The notes: generated by a model not told the origin, from the letters alone. 32,000 bases of DNA from Aliivibrio fischeri ES114 (GCF_000011805.1 NC_006841.2), one strand, 5' to 3'; counted from the stretch's first letter, positions 9,747 to 18,438 are shown. Program-made: numbers and translations.

Positions 9747-9782
9747 TCTGGTTCAAAACCAGACTAAAAGTGGTGATATAAT
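9747..9782 (+). promoter_or_regulatory. putative promoter of the formate dehydrogenase gene: extended -10 (TGaTATAAT) with a perfect palindrome across the -35 region
   Basis: TGaTATAAT at 9774-9782 is a consensus extended -10, 33 nt upstream of ATG 9815. No good -35 hexamer is present. Instead the perfect palindrome TCTGGTTcaaAACCAGA (9747-9763) occupies that position. Confidence 0.45.
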
Positions 9783-9814
9783 CGAGAAAATTAATAGTCA
9801 ATCTTAGGTATTGA

Positions 9815-12800
9815 ATGATGAAAATAACTATAGATAAACAAACATTCACTATCGATGAAGAGATAACACTTTTAGCAGCTGCAAAGGAATGCAATGTCGA
9901 AATCCCTTCACTATGCGGAAACAATATCAATGGTGAGAAAGTACCATGTGATTTATGCGTAGTTGAAATTGAAGGTCAAGGAATTCAACGAGCTTGTGAA
10001 ACTCAAGCGGTTGATGGTATGCAAGTGATCACTTCGTCTGAAGCGTTAGTAAAACGTCGTCAAAGTGCATTAAATAAAATTCTTTCTGATCATTACGCTG
10101 ATTGTGAAGCGCCATGCCAAACTGCGTGCCCAGCGGGCGTAGATATACAGTCGTATCTGTACCACATTTCACAAGATAATCATCAAAAAGCCATTGAGGT
10201 CATTAAACGAACATTGCCAATGCCATTATCTATTGGTCGTGTTTGTCCTGCGTTCTGTGAAGCGGAATGTCGTCGTGGTTTGGTTGATGAGCCATTAGCT
10301 ATTCGTCAGTTAAAGCGTCATGCGGCTGACGTGGACTTGCATGCTCAAGAATCTTACGTACCACCAAAGAAGGCAGATAAAGGTAAATCCATTGCTGTGA
10401 TTGGCAGTGGTCCGGGTGGATTAACCTGTGGTTATTATCTGACTAATGAGGGTTACAGTGTAACGGTGTTTGAATCGATGCCTAAAGCTGGCGGTTGGCT
10501 ACGCTATGGTATTCCTGAATATCGTTTACCAAAGTCGATTTTAGATAAAGAAATCGAATTAATGTGCCGCAACGGTATGGAAATTCAAACGTCTGTGAAA
10601 CTAGGTGAGGATTTCTCATTAACACAGCTAAGTGATGAGTATGACGCAGTCTGTTTAGCGGTCGGTGCTTCAAAAGCCGTTGAAATGCATTATCAAGGCA
10701 GTGAGCTTGGTGGTTGTTATTTAGGTGTTGATTACCTAAAAGATTACGTAACTGAATCTAAATTAACAACAGGTAAAAAAGTAGCGGTTATTGGTGGTGG
10801 CAACACGGCGATTGACTGTGCTCGTACAGCGGTGCGTGATGGTGCTGATACTACTTTGATTTATCGCCGTACTCGTGAAGAGATGCCAGCAGAAGATTAT
10901 GAAGTGGTTGAAGCTGAACATGAAGGTGTTAAGTTCCATTTTTTAACTAACCCTGTTGAAAATATTGCTGATGAAAATGGACGAGTAGCTCAAGTTCGTT
11001 TGGAGAAAATGGCATTAGGTGAACCTGATGCGTCTGGTCGTCGTAGTCCTCAGGCAACCGGTGAATTTTTCATTGAAGAGTTTGATACCGTGATTTCTGC
11101 GGTATCACAAAAACCGGATTTAAGCTTTTTAGAGAACGATACGATTGATTTGCCACTGACTCGTTGGAATACCGCTGACGCAAACAGTTTGACAATGCAC
11201 AGTGGTGTGAAAAATATTTTTAGCATCGGTGATTTCCGTCGTGGTCCTGCAACGGCGATTGAAGCGGTTGCTGATGGTCGTATTGCTGCAGAAGCGATTG
11301 ATCGTTTCTTTAACGGTGACATGGAGAAAATCCCAACTAAACCGTTTAATTCTCAAAAAGAGAAGAAGACTAAGCAAGTTGATCCTAAGCATTTTGAACA
11401 TATCCAAAAAGCAATGCGTGTCATCATGCCTGAGTTAACGGCAGAGCAACGTGAACAAAGCTTTGATGAAGTTGAAACTGGCTTTGATAACTTGGATGCA
11501 ATACGTGAAGCTGAGCGTTGCTTAGAGTGTGCATGTCAGGCAAATACTAATTGTGGACTGCGTGATTACGCAACGGAATATAAAGCGGATGAAACGGATT
11601 TAAGCAACGAAAGTAAACAGAAGTTTGCTATCGATACCAGCTCTGAATTCATCGTGTTTGATGCCAACCGTTGTATTAGTTGTGGTCAATGTGTTGAAGC
11701 GTGTAACGAAAAAGGTGTGCATGGTGTATTAAGCTTCATGAAAAATGAAGATGGAACCAATGCCTCTCGTCCGGAATGTCGTGCAGGGTTTGAGCACGGT
11801 TATCAAATGGGTAACTCAAACTGTGTGCAATGTGGTGCGTGTGTTCAAGCGTGTCCTGTTGGCGCATTGGTTGATTCTCGTGATAAATCTCAAGGTCGAA
11901 TCGAAGTTTTAAAACCCGTTGATACGATTTGTACATACTGCGGTGTGGGTTGTAAGTTAACCATGATGGTTGATGAATCAACAAACAAAATTAAATACGT
12001 TCAAGGCGCTAAATCGTCTCCAGTGAACGAAGGCATGCTGTGTGTTAAAGGTCGCTTTGGTTTTGATTTTGTCAGCAGTGATGAGCGCTTAAAAACACCG
12101 TTAATTCGTAAAAATGGTGAGTTAGTTCCTGCAAGTTGGGAAGAGGCGATCACATTAGTTGCTGATAAGTTCAGTACCATTAAATCTCAACATGGCGGTA
12201 ATGCGCTAGCTGGATTCTCGTCGGCAAAAACCACCAATGAAGATAACTACGCATTCCAAAAATTGGTACGTCGTGAGTTTGAAACCAATAACCTTGATCA
12301 CTGTGCACGTTTATGTCACTCAACGACAGTAACGGGCTTAGAAGCGTCTATTGGTAGTGGGGCAATGACCAATGATATTCCAAGTATTAAACATTCTGAT
12401 TTGATCTTTATTATTGGTTCAGATACCACATCAGCTCACCCGATCATTGCTTCTCACATTAAACAAGCCACCCGTCATCACGGTGCTCGTTTGATTGTTG
12501 CGGATCCAAAGCAAGTAGATATCTCTGATCATGCTGAGCTGTATGTAGCACAACGTCCGGGTACGGATGTGATGCTACTTAACGGTATTATGCAGCAGAT
12601 CATCAAAAATAACTGGCACGATCAGGCATACATCGCTGAACGTGTTGAAGGTTTTGATGAACTAAAAGCAGAAGTTATGTCAGAGGCGTATTCACCTGAG
12701 AAAATTGAGTTAATCACAGGCGTAAAAGCACAAGATGTGATTGAAATGGCACGTTACATTGGTACTGCTAAACGTACTGCTATTTATTATTCAATGGGTA

Positions 12801-13978
12801 TTACGCAGCATACGACGGGCCATGATAACGTTCGATCTATTGCTAACTTACAAATGCTGTGTGGCAACATTGGTATTGAAGGTGGTGGTATTAATCCACT
12901 TCGTGGTCAATCAAACGTACAAGGTGCGTGTGATATGGGGGCATTGCCAACAGATTTCCCAGGTTACCAAAAGGTCGAGAATCCTGCGGTTTATGAGAAA
13001 TTTGTAAAAGCGTGGAATAAGCCAACATTGCCAAGTAAGAAAGGCTTAACATTAACAGAAATCATTGATGCAGCCTGCCATGAACAAGTAAAAGGTCTAT
13101 TTGTCATGGGTGAGAACCCAGTATTGAGTGACCCTGATCAAGCACACGTTATTCACGGTTTAGAGAAATTAGATTTCCTAGTTGTACAAGATATCTTTAT
13201 GACAGAAACCGCAGCGTATGCTGATGTGATTTTACCGTCGTGCTCATTTGCAGAAAAAGCGGGTCATTTTACCAATACTGAGCGCCGTGTTCAGCGTATC
13301 TCACCTGCGGTAAATCCTCCGGGTGAAGCGAAAGAAGATTGGTGGATCATTCAAGAAATTGCTAATGCAATGGGCGGCGAATGGAATTACCAATCGGTTG
13401 AAGATATTACAGAGGAAATCACTCAAGTGACGCCTCAGTACCAAGGTATGCATTGGGATGCGATTGGTAAAAATGGACTTCAATGGCCGTGTAATGATGC
13501 AAACCCACAAGGCACTCGCATTATGCATAATCAGCAGTTCTTACGTGGTAAAGGCCAAATGGCAGCGGTTCCATTTAGATATGCGGCAGAGCTTCCAGAT
13601 GAAGAGTATCCATTAGTATTAACAACGGGTCGCTTATTGGAGCAGTACCATACAGGCACCATGACACGTAAAACCAAAGGGTTGAACAACCTTGCTGGTC
13701 CGCGCGCTATGATGAGTGTGGCAGATGCTGAGCGCTTAGGTATTTCAAACAGTGAGATGGTTCGAGTATCAACACGCCGTGGTACGATTGAAGCACCAGC
13801 GTTTGTGACTAAGCGTATGCAAGAAGGAGTGATATTTGTACCGTTCCATTTTGTGGAAGCGGCAGCGAATAAACTGACCACAACAGCACTTGATCCTCAT
13901 GCCAAGATCCCTGAGTTTAAAGTCGCAGCAGTGAAGGTAGAAAAGGTATTACAACCAGAACCTGAAGTCTGTGTATAA
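9815..13978 (+). CDS. fused formate dehydrogenase: 2Fe-2S domain, GltD-like NAD(P)H/FAD oxidoreductase module, 4Fe-4S ferredoxin domains, and Mo-bisPGD catalytic subunit (Cys-type)
   Basis: 2Fe-2S pattern C34-x10-C45-x2-C48-x12-C61. GltD-like Fe-S and Rossmann motifs: CEAPCQTACPAGVDIQ, GRVCPAFCEAEC, IAVIGSGPGG, VAVIGGGNTAIDCA. Ferredoxin motifs CISCGQCVEAC and CVQCGACVQACP. Mo-bisPGD 4Fe-4S motif CTYCGVGCKL. Active-site region DHCARLCHSTTV. C-terminal dinucleotide-binding barrel (VLTTGRLLEQYHTGTMTR ... VFVPFHF). Confidence 0.9.
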   Translation: MMKITIDKQTFTIDEEITLLAAAKECNVEIPSLCGNNINGEKVPCDLCVVEIEGQGIQRACETQAVDGMQVITSSEALVKRRQSALNKILSDHYADCEAPCQTACPAGVDIQSYLYHISQDNHQKAIEVIKRTLPMPLSIGRVCPAFCEAECRRGLVDEPLAIRQLKRHAADVDLHAQESYVPPKKADKGKSIAVIGSGPGGLTCGYYLTNEGYSVTVFESMPKAGGWLRYGIPEYRLPKSILDKEIELMCRNGMEIQTSVKLGEDFSLTQLSDEYDAVCLAVGASKAVEMHYQGSELGGCYLGVDYLKDYVTESKLTTGKKVAVIGGGNTAIDCARTAVRDGADTTLIYRRTREEMPAEDYEVVEAEHEGVKFHFLTNPVENIADENGRVAQVRLEKMALGEPDASGRRSPQATGEFFIEEFDTVISAVSQKPDLSFLENDTIDLPLTRWNTADANSLTMHSGVKNIFSIGDFRRGPATAIEAVADGRIAAEAIDRFFNGDMEKIPTKPFNSQKEKKTKQVDPKHFEHIQKAMRVIMPELTAEQREQSFDEVETGFDNLDAIREAERCLECACQANTNCGLRDYATEYKADETDLSNESKQKFAIDTSSEFIVFDANRCISCGQCVEACNEKGVHGVLSFMKNEDGTNASRPECRAGFEHGYQMGNSNCVQCGACVQACPVGALVDSRDKSQGRIEVLKPVDTICTYCGVGCKLTMMVDESTNKIKYVQGAKSSPVNEGMLCVKGRFGFDFVSSDERLKTPLIRKNGELVPASWEEAITLVADKFSTIKSQHGGNALAGFSSAKTTNEDNYAFQKLVRREFETNNLDHCARLCHSTTVTGLEASIGSGAMTNDIPSIKHSDLIFIIGSDTTSAHPIIASHIKQATRHHGARLIVADPKQVDISDHAELYVAQRPGTDVMLLNGIMQQIIKNNWHDQAYIAERVEGFDELKAEVMSEAYSPEKIELITGVKAQDVIEMARYIGTAKRTAIYYSMGITQHTTGHDNVRSIANLQMLCGNIGIEGGGINPLRGQSNVQGACDMGALPTDFPGYQKVENPAVYEKFVKAWNKPTLPSKKGLTLTEIIDAACHEQVKGLFVMGENPVLSDPDQAHVIHGLEKLDFLVVQDIFMTETAAYADVILPSCSFAEKAGHFTNTERRVQRISPAVNPPGEAKEDWWIIQEIANAMGGEWNYQSVEDITEEITQVTPQYQGMHWDAIGKNGLQWPCNDANPQGTRIMHNQQFLRGKGQMAAVPFRYAAELPDEEYPLVLTTGRLLEQYHTGTMTRKTKGLNNLAGPRAMMSVADAERLGISNSEMVRVSTRRGTIEAPAFVTKRMQEGVIFVPFHFVEAAANKLTTTALDPHAKIPEFKVAAVKVEKVLQPEPEVCV

Positions 13979-14000
13979 ATAATGTAATAACGTAAAATAA

Positions 14001-14037
14001 AATGCCCGATGATTTGAGTAATCATCGGGCATTTTTT
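14001..14037. terminator. bidirectional rho-independent terminator between the convergent fdh and pepT genes
   Basis: Perfect 14-bp stem, aatgcccgatgatt (14001-14014) and aatcatcgggcatt (14020-14033), with a 5-nt loop. A T-run follows on the + strand and an A-run (aaaataaaa) precedes it, which gives a U-tract for the - strand. Confidence 0.85.
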
Positions 14038-14060
14038 ATGTTTAGAAGTAGTGTTATGAA

Positions 14061-15290
14061 TTACTTATTGTTGCTAGCGTTCAACTCTGCAATTTTCACA
14101 ATCACATCAACCGCTTGTTTCATGCCATTAATCGTAATGAATTCATGAATACCGTGGAAGTTATAACCACCTGTAAAGATATTAGGGCAAGGTAAACCCA
14201 TAAAAGATAAACGAGCGCCATCCGTACCGCCACGAATAGGCTTGATATCAGGTTGAATGTCACACGCTGTCATTGCTTCTTTAGCTAGTTCAATCACGTG
14301 TGGGTGAGGTTCTACCATTTCACGCATATTAAAGTAGCTATCGGTTAAGACTAATTCAACACGACCTTTCTCTAATTTTGCATTTAATTCATTCACTTTT
14401 TGCTGCATAAAGGCTTTACGCTCAGCCATACCTTCACGGCTAAAATCACGAACAATATAACCAAGTTCGGTTTTGGCTACGCCTGCGTTCATTGATTTTA
14501 AATGATAGAAACCTTCATAGCCTTCGGTGCCTTCTGGTGTTTCATCTGCTGGCATCATCATTTGAAATTGAGCCGCGATATTCATGGAGTTAACCATCTT
14601 ACCTTTAGCCGTACCCGGGTGAACATTCACACCATGACAAATGACATCCGCACTTGTGGCATTAAAGTTTTCATATTCTAATTCACCCACAGGGCCACCA
14701 TCGATAGTGTAAGCCCACTTTGCATTGAATTTCTTAACATCAAATAGGTTTGCGCCACGTCCAATCTCTTCATCAGGAGTAAAGCCGACACAAATATCAC
14801 CGTGTGGGATCTCTGGGTTCGCTTTTAATACAGCAATGGCAGTTAGGATTTCGGCAATGCCAGCTTTATTATCAGCACCAAGTAAAGTCGTACCATCTGT
14901 GGTGATCAAATCGTGACCGATTAAGTTGAGTAAGTCAGGGAACTGGCTTGGTGTTAACTCTTCACCACTAGTGCCAAGGGTTATTATGTCGCCTTGATAA
15001 TTATTGATGATTTGTGGTTTTACATTTTCACCTGATGCATCAGGGGCTGTGTCCATGTGAGCAATAAAGCCAATTGCAGGCACATCATAGTCTACGTTTG
15101 AAGGCAAACGCCCCATGACATAACCATTTTCATCAATAGAGACATCAGAAAGTTCTAATTCATTTAATTCAGAAACTAGTTGGTTAGCCAAATTGAATTG
15201 TTTTTCAGTGCTTGGACATTGTGGTGCAGAAGGATTGGATTGAGTATCAATACTCACATAAGAAAGAAAGCGTTCTACAAGGTCTTTCAT
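14061..15290 (-). CDS. pepT: peptidase T (tripeptide aminopeptidase, M20B)
   Basis: From ATG at 15290 the protein starts [18 protein letters not shown], matching the PepT N-terminus as I recall it. M20 metal-site motifs are present: [25 protein letters not shown]. The ORF-track TTG start at 15341 adds 17 implausible residues. Confidence 0.95.
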   Translation of the reverse strand: MKDLVERFLSYVSIDTQSNPSAPQCPSTEKQFNLANQLVSELNELELSDVSIDENGYVMGRLPSNVDYDVPAIGFIAHMDTAPDASGENVKPQIINNYQGDIITLGTSGEELTPSQFPDLLNLIGHDLITTDGTTLLGADNKAGIAEILTAIAVLKANPEIPHGDICVGFTPDEEIGRGANLFDVKKFNAKWAYTIDGGPVGELEYENFNATSADVICHGVNVHPGTAKGKMVNSMNIAAQFQMMMPADETPEGTEGYEGFYHLKSMNAGVAKTELGYIVRDFSREGMAERKAFMQQKVNELNAKLEKGRVELVLTDSYFNMREMVEPHPHVIELAKEAMTACDIQPDIKPIRGGTDGARLSFMGLPCPNIFTGGYNFHGIHEFITINGMKQAVDVIVKIAELNASNNK

Positions 15291-15385
15291 GATATTCACT
15301 CTATGTAATTGAAAACAAAATTGAGTGAAAGTATTGATCAAAAAGGTATTTTAAAGTTTGCGATGGGTCATAAAAAACAAAGTGG

Positions 15386-15414
15386 TTAGCGCATATTTAG
15401 ATTATATGCGCTAA
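15386..15414 (-). terminator. hairpin terminator downstream of the XRE-family gene
   Basis: 11-bp inverted repeat ttagcgcatat (15386-15396) and atatgcgctaa (15404-15414). On the - strand it is followed, after 4 nt, by tttgtttttt. Confidence 0.6.
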
Positions 15415-15424
15415 GTAAAAATAG

Positions 15425-15805
15425 TTATTTCTTATCTTTAGCTTTTAAGATGAAACCAAATTGTTCAATTAAATTACTGATAGATTTAAACAACATAGTA
15501 CGTTCTGATTTCGAGTATTTTGATAGTTCCTGATGGAACTCAATAACATCAGACATTGTGACCCCTAGCCAGTCGGGAATATTATCACTACCTGAAATGA
15601 TCCAACCAATCTCTTTTCTCAGAATAAAGCTTAAAGGGATCAATTTGGATATATGAGGGCTAGAAAGTCCGCTAGTCCAGTTAATTACCGTTCTTGTAGA
15701 GACGTCACATGCTGTAGCAATTTGAGAATTAGATAGTCCTAGCTCTGTTTTTCTTGCCTCGATCCGTCGAGAAATGCTTTCCATAGAGGTGCTTTCATCT
15801 AACAC
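15425..15805 (-). CDS. XRE-family helix-turn-helix protein with an uncharacterised C-terminal half
   Basis: The HTH_3-like segment ISRRIEARKTELGLSNSQIATACDVSTRTVINWTSG is typical of Cro/C1 folds. GTG start at 15805 is preceded by GAGGT at 8-nt spacing. Confidence 0.75.
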   Translation of the reverse strand: MLDESTSMESISRRIEARKTELGLSNSQIATACDVSTRTVINWTSGLSSPHISKLIPLSFILRKEIGWIISGSDNIPDWLGVTMSDVIEFHQELSKYSKSERTMLFKSISNLIEQFGFILKAKDKK

Positions 15806-16357
15806 AATTATATACCTCGGAAATGTTAATTTTTAAAAACGGTTTCATTATTGAGAGAAATAATATTTCAGACTTTTATAGTTACATAAGAAATAAAGTT
15901 CATTTTGTGATTTTATTCTAAATAATAGGAACTATGCACTTTATTTAAGATGTTCTTTCTTTCAAGAATAAACGTTTTTAAATCGTCGAATTTTAAAAGA
16001 GTTAACACGAATATGTGATAACTAGATGTTGCGTGTTAAGATAAAAGTAAATTAATTTATTTTTATCTTATTGATTATTATCCAATAAGAGTGTATCGGA
16101 TTGATTGTATGGCTGCATATTAATCATATTTAGATAGTATTGCAAATAGTTTATAGAATAAATATCTAATTAATTAATGTGAAAGTGTTTTATAATGTTA
16201 TTATTATTTTAATATGTGTATGGGATAGGTTTTTAAATACATTCCATTCATTTTCTATTAATAACTTGTTCACTATGGTGAAATATGATTAGATATACTT
16301 TTATTAAGGTAATGTATTAATTTATGGTTAATTGTTTGTGTGTTTTTAGGGGGGGGA

Positions 16358-17146
16358 ATGGCAATAGCAAGACATATTCAAGCATCGGTTACTTTTGATA
16401 CTTTGCCATCGGACATTTATCTATTATTTGATGCATTTCGCTCTAACACAGAGACAAGATCTCATTCTCACTCTTGGGGGCAATTACAAATTATAAGTGG
16501 AGGGATTTTAGAGTTAGAAGCAGAAGGGCATCGTTTTTTAGCACCTTCTCATTTTGCTATATGGGTACCTGCTGGTGTGCAACACCAAAGTTATAATCGA
16601 AAACCGATAGCGTATTGTTCGGTAAATATTATCCCTGAACTTGCGAAACAATTACCTGACCATACTTGTTTATTAGAAGTTAGCCCTTTAGTTGAAGTTT
16701 TAATTGCGGAATTACGTGAGAATAAGATCCAGCAAGCTCAGAATGAACAGCAGGAAAGGTTAATTCATGTTCTTTTTGATCAGCTGCTAATTGCTAAGCA
16801 GAGTGAGCGATTTTTACCTACATCACAAGATAAGTTGCTTAAACCTATTTTAGAGGCGCTAGAAGCGAATCCTGCAGATGAAACATCTTTAGCTCAATGG
16901 GCAGAAAGAAATCATACAACAGAAAGAACATTGGCTCGTCATTGCCAAAATGAATTAGGCATGAGTTTTACTGAATGGCGCTTACGGATCCGGTACCTTT
17001 ATTCTTTGGATTTATTGCGAAAGAAGATGTCGATTAAAGAAATTGCGTTTAGTTTAGGCTATAACCAAACCAGTCCTTTTATCACTATGTTTAAACGATA
17101 CGCGGATTGCACTCCCGAGCAGTATAAATTAAAACATTCAATATAA
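16358..17146 (+). CDS. AraC-family transcriptional regulator (N-terminal cupin-like sensor, C-terminal double HTH)
   Basis: The C-terminal AraC signature is LAQWAERNHTTERTLARHCQNELGMSFTEWRLRIRY...IKEIAFSLGYNQTSPFITMFKRYADCTPEQY. The N-terminal beta-rich region (HSHSWGQLQIISGG...WVPAGVQH) is cupin-like. I prefer ATG 16358, directly after a G8 tract that can serve as the SD, over the track's GTG 16340. Confidence 0.9.
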   Translation: MAIARHIQASVTFDTLPSDIYLLFDAFRSNTETRSHSHSWGQLQIISGGILELEAEGHRFLAPSHFAIWVPAGVQHQSYNRKPIAYCSVNIIPELAKQLPDHTCLLEVSPLVEVLIAELRENKIQQAQNEQQERLIHVLFDQLLIAKQSERFLPTSQDKLLKPILEALEANPADETSLAQWAERNHTTERTLARHCQNELGMSFTEWRLRIRYLYSLDLLRKKMSIKEIAFSLGYNQTSPFITMFKRYADCTPEQYKLKHSI

Positions 17147-17371
17147 TCTATTAACGCTGGTCGTTTTTTGAGCGAATCTAAAAGAAAAAAATACGATAAA
17201 TAAAAAACTTAAGGGAATAATGGCTGCAGTAATTTCAAGCCAGTAAGTACCTGAAAATAAACTACTTAAAATCAAATGGCCTACAATAGATAGAAGAGCA
17301 CAGAGAATAGCAATTAGAATCAGTTTTAGTTCTGGTGACATAAGCATTTTATTGATAATTAGTGTTGTCAT
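17138..17371 (-). CDS. possible small two-TM membrane protein (77 aa)
   Basis: Two clear hydrophobic helices (LKLILIAILCALLSIVGHLILSSLF and WLEITAAIIPLSFLFIVFFSF) in an otherwise unoccupied 260-bp gap. There is no convincing SD, and T-rich frames in AT-rich DNA easily mimic membrane proteins. Confidence 0.35.
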   Translation of the reverse strand: MTTLIINKMLMSPELKLILIAILCALLSIVGHLILSSLFSGTYWLEITAAIIPLSFLFIVFFSFRFAQKTTSVNRLY

Positions 17372-17428
17372 TACTTTAACACGAGTGTGTCTACGAAAAA
17401 GGATTAGATGTGTGATGAGGAGAGCAGA

Positions 17429-17782
17429 GTGATACGAAATGAATATATTGATTATCTATTAGCGAAACCATGCTGTGAAGATTCTTTTCCATTTGGTCCT
17501 GAAGCTCATGTTTTTAAGGTATTTAATAAAATGTTTGCACTTATAGGGTATAGGAATGAACAGTTAAGCATTACCCTTAAAGCGGCACCGGAAGATGTTA
17601 CGTTTTTAACGGAGGAATTTACCTCTATTGAACGAGGTTATCATATGAACAAAAAGCATTGGATAACCATTACGCCTTCAAGTGATATTACAGTCAGTAT
17701 GATAGAAGCGTGGATTGATGACTCATATTCTCTGGTTACATCAAAGTTAACCAAATTAGAGAAAAGTCAGATTAAAAAATAA
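17429..17782 (+). CDS. MmcQ/YjbR-family protein (predicted DNA-binding)
   Basis: The family-typical core is FKVFNKMFALIGYRNEQLSITLKAAPE...YHMNKKHWITI...IDDSYSLV. GTG at 17429 is preceded by GAGGAG (17417-17422) at 6-nt spacing and gives ~117 aa, like E. coli YjbR. The track start at 17408 is less likely. Confidence 0.85.
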   Translation: MIRNEYIDYLLAKPCCEDSFPFGPEAHVFKVFNKMFALIGYRNEQLSITLKAAPEDVTFLTEEFTSIERGYHMNKKHWITITPSSDITVSMIEAWIDDSYSLVTSKLTKLEKSQIKK

Positions 17783-17848
17783 CAACACAACGACTTCTTC
17801 TATTTAGACGTTCAAAGTATGTACTAGATCAATACGGTTGGTAAAACA

Positions 17849-17876
17849 GCCATTTCCAATGTGAAAATGGCTTTTC
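17849..17876. terminator. hairpin terminator between the convergent yjbR-like and hypothetical genes
   Basis: Stem gccattt (17849-17855) and aaatggc (17865-17871), followed by tttt on the + strand and preceded by aaaaca. Confidence 0.55.
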
Positions 17877-17877
17877 A

Positions 17878-18438
17878 TTAAAGACTAAAACAGCTGTTAA
17901 GTTGGTATTCATCTCCATTCTTGGCTGTATATTCTTTATCTACTTGATGAGCTTTAATGTGTGAACTGCTGTCACGCTTTATTAAACTAATCCAATGACG
18001 CATAGCCGCTAAGCTAAAGTCCTGACTGAACGTTGTGCATGTTTCTATTTCTACATCAGCTATGGTAACCAGTGAATCTTTACCTGGCGTATGAAGACCA
18101 AAAATAATTTCAACATGACTGCCACTGTTGTCTTTTAATAAAATAGTATCAGGCGATGATCTGTGTCCTGTGAAAGCAACAAATTTTCCTGGATTGCGTA
18201 ATCCACTGCAACCACCATCTTTAAAGAAAACTACTAAATGATGATAATCAAGTAAGTAGTTAGTAACGTCTTGATGTGAGCCTTTTGTTAGTGGGAATAA
18301 TTGGTCAAGAAGACCTTTGATTTGATGTTGTTTCTCTTCTTGTTTTGCTTCCATTTTTTCGACGGCATAAACAGCTTCAGCCATAAACGGAGTTTCATGT
18401 TGTGTATTACTTTCTTTGTTTATATTGGTAATCGCCAT
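17878..18438 (-). CDS. hypothetical protein, 186 aa, His-rich, no family recognised
   Basis: The ORF is long for this AT-rich context. ATG at 18438 is preceded by GAGGG at 8-nt spacing, so the track's extension to 18582 is probably untranslated. Sequence: MAITNINKESNTQHETPFMAEAVYAVEKMEAKQEEKQHQIKGLL... then a beta-rich segment LVVFFKDGGCSGLRNPGKFVAFTGHRSSPDTILLKDNSGSHVEIIFGLHTPG. Confidence 0.7.
   Translation of the reverse strand: MAITNINKESNTQHETPFMAEAVYAVEKMEAKQEEKQHQIKGLLDQLFPLTKGSHQDVTNYLLDYHHLVVFFKDGGCSGLRNPGKFVAFTGHRSSPDTILLKDNSGSHVEIIFGLHTPGKDSLVTIADVEIETCTTFSQDFSLAAMRHWISLIKRDSSSHIKAHQVDKEYTAKNGDEYQLNSCFSL

Noticed and set aside
9523-9930. 135-aa - strand ORF spanning the glpA-fdh spacer
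   Set aside because: It covers the divergent promoter region and runs antisense into the fdh start. Its composition is hydrophobic and low-complexity (FIIQYLRLTINFLDYI...), typical of AT-rich noise. It would also leave no room for the glpA and fdh promoters.
12314-12316. Possible selenocysteine (TGA recoding plus SECIS) in the formate dehydrogenase
   Set aside because: The codon at the FdhF-Sec-equivalent position is TGT (Cys), and the whole ORF has no in-frame TGA. This is a Cys-type enzyme.
10482-13881. Several 60-116-aa ORFs inside or antisense to the fdh gene (10482, 11050, 11129, 11229, 11736, 12741, 13301, 13531)
   Set aside because: All are nested in a 1387-codon ORF with unambiguous domain motifs, and none has its own recognisable motif. 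The same reasoning applies to the nested ORFs in the MCP, ToxR-like, glpA, kefC, pepT, lipoprotein, yedI and LysR genes.
14061-15341. Track start (TTG 15341) for pepT, and extended track starts for 17878..18582, 24813..25241, 16340 and 17408
   Set aside because: Internal ATG or GTG starts with SD sequences give N-termini that match the expected family lengths. The extensions add non-conserved, odd residues.
15806-16100. Toxin partner (HigB/RelE-like) upstream of the 126-aa XRE protein
   Set aside because: I read the - strand upstream of the XRE start. It is full of stops, and the longest ORF is about 10 codons. There is no toxin-antitoxin pair.
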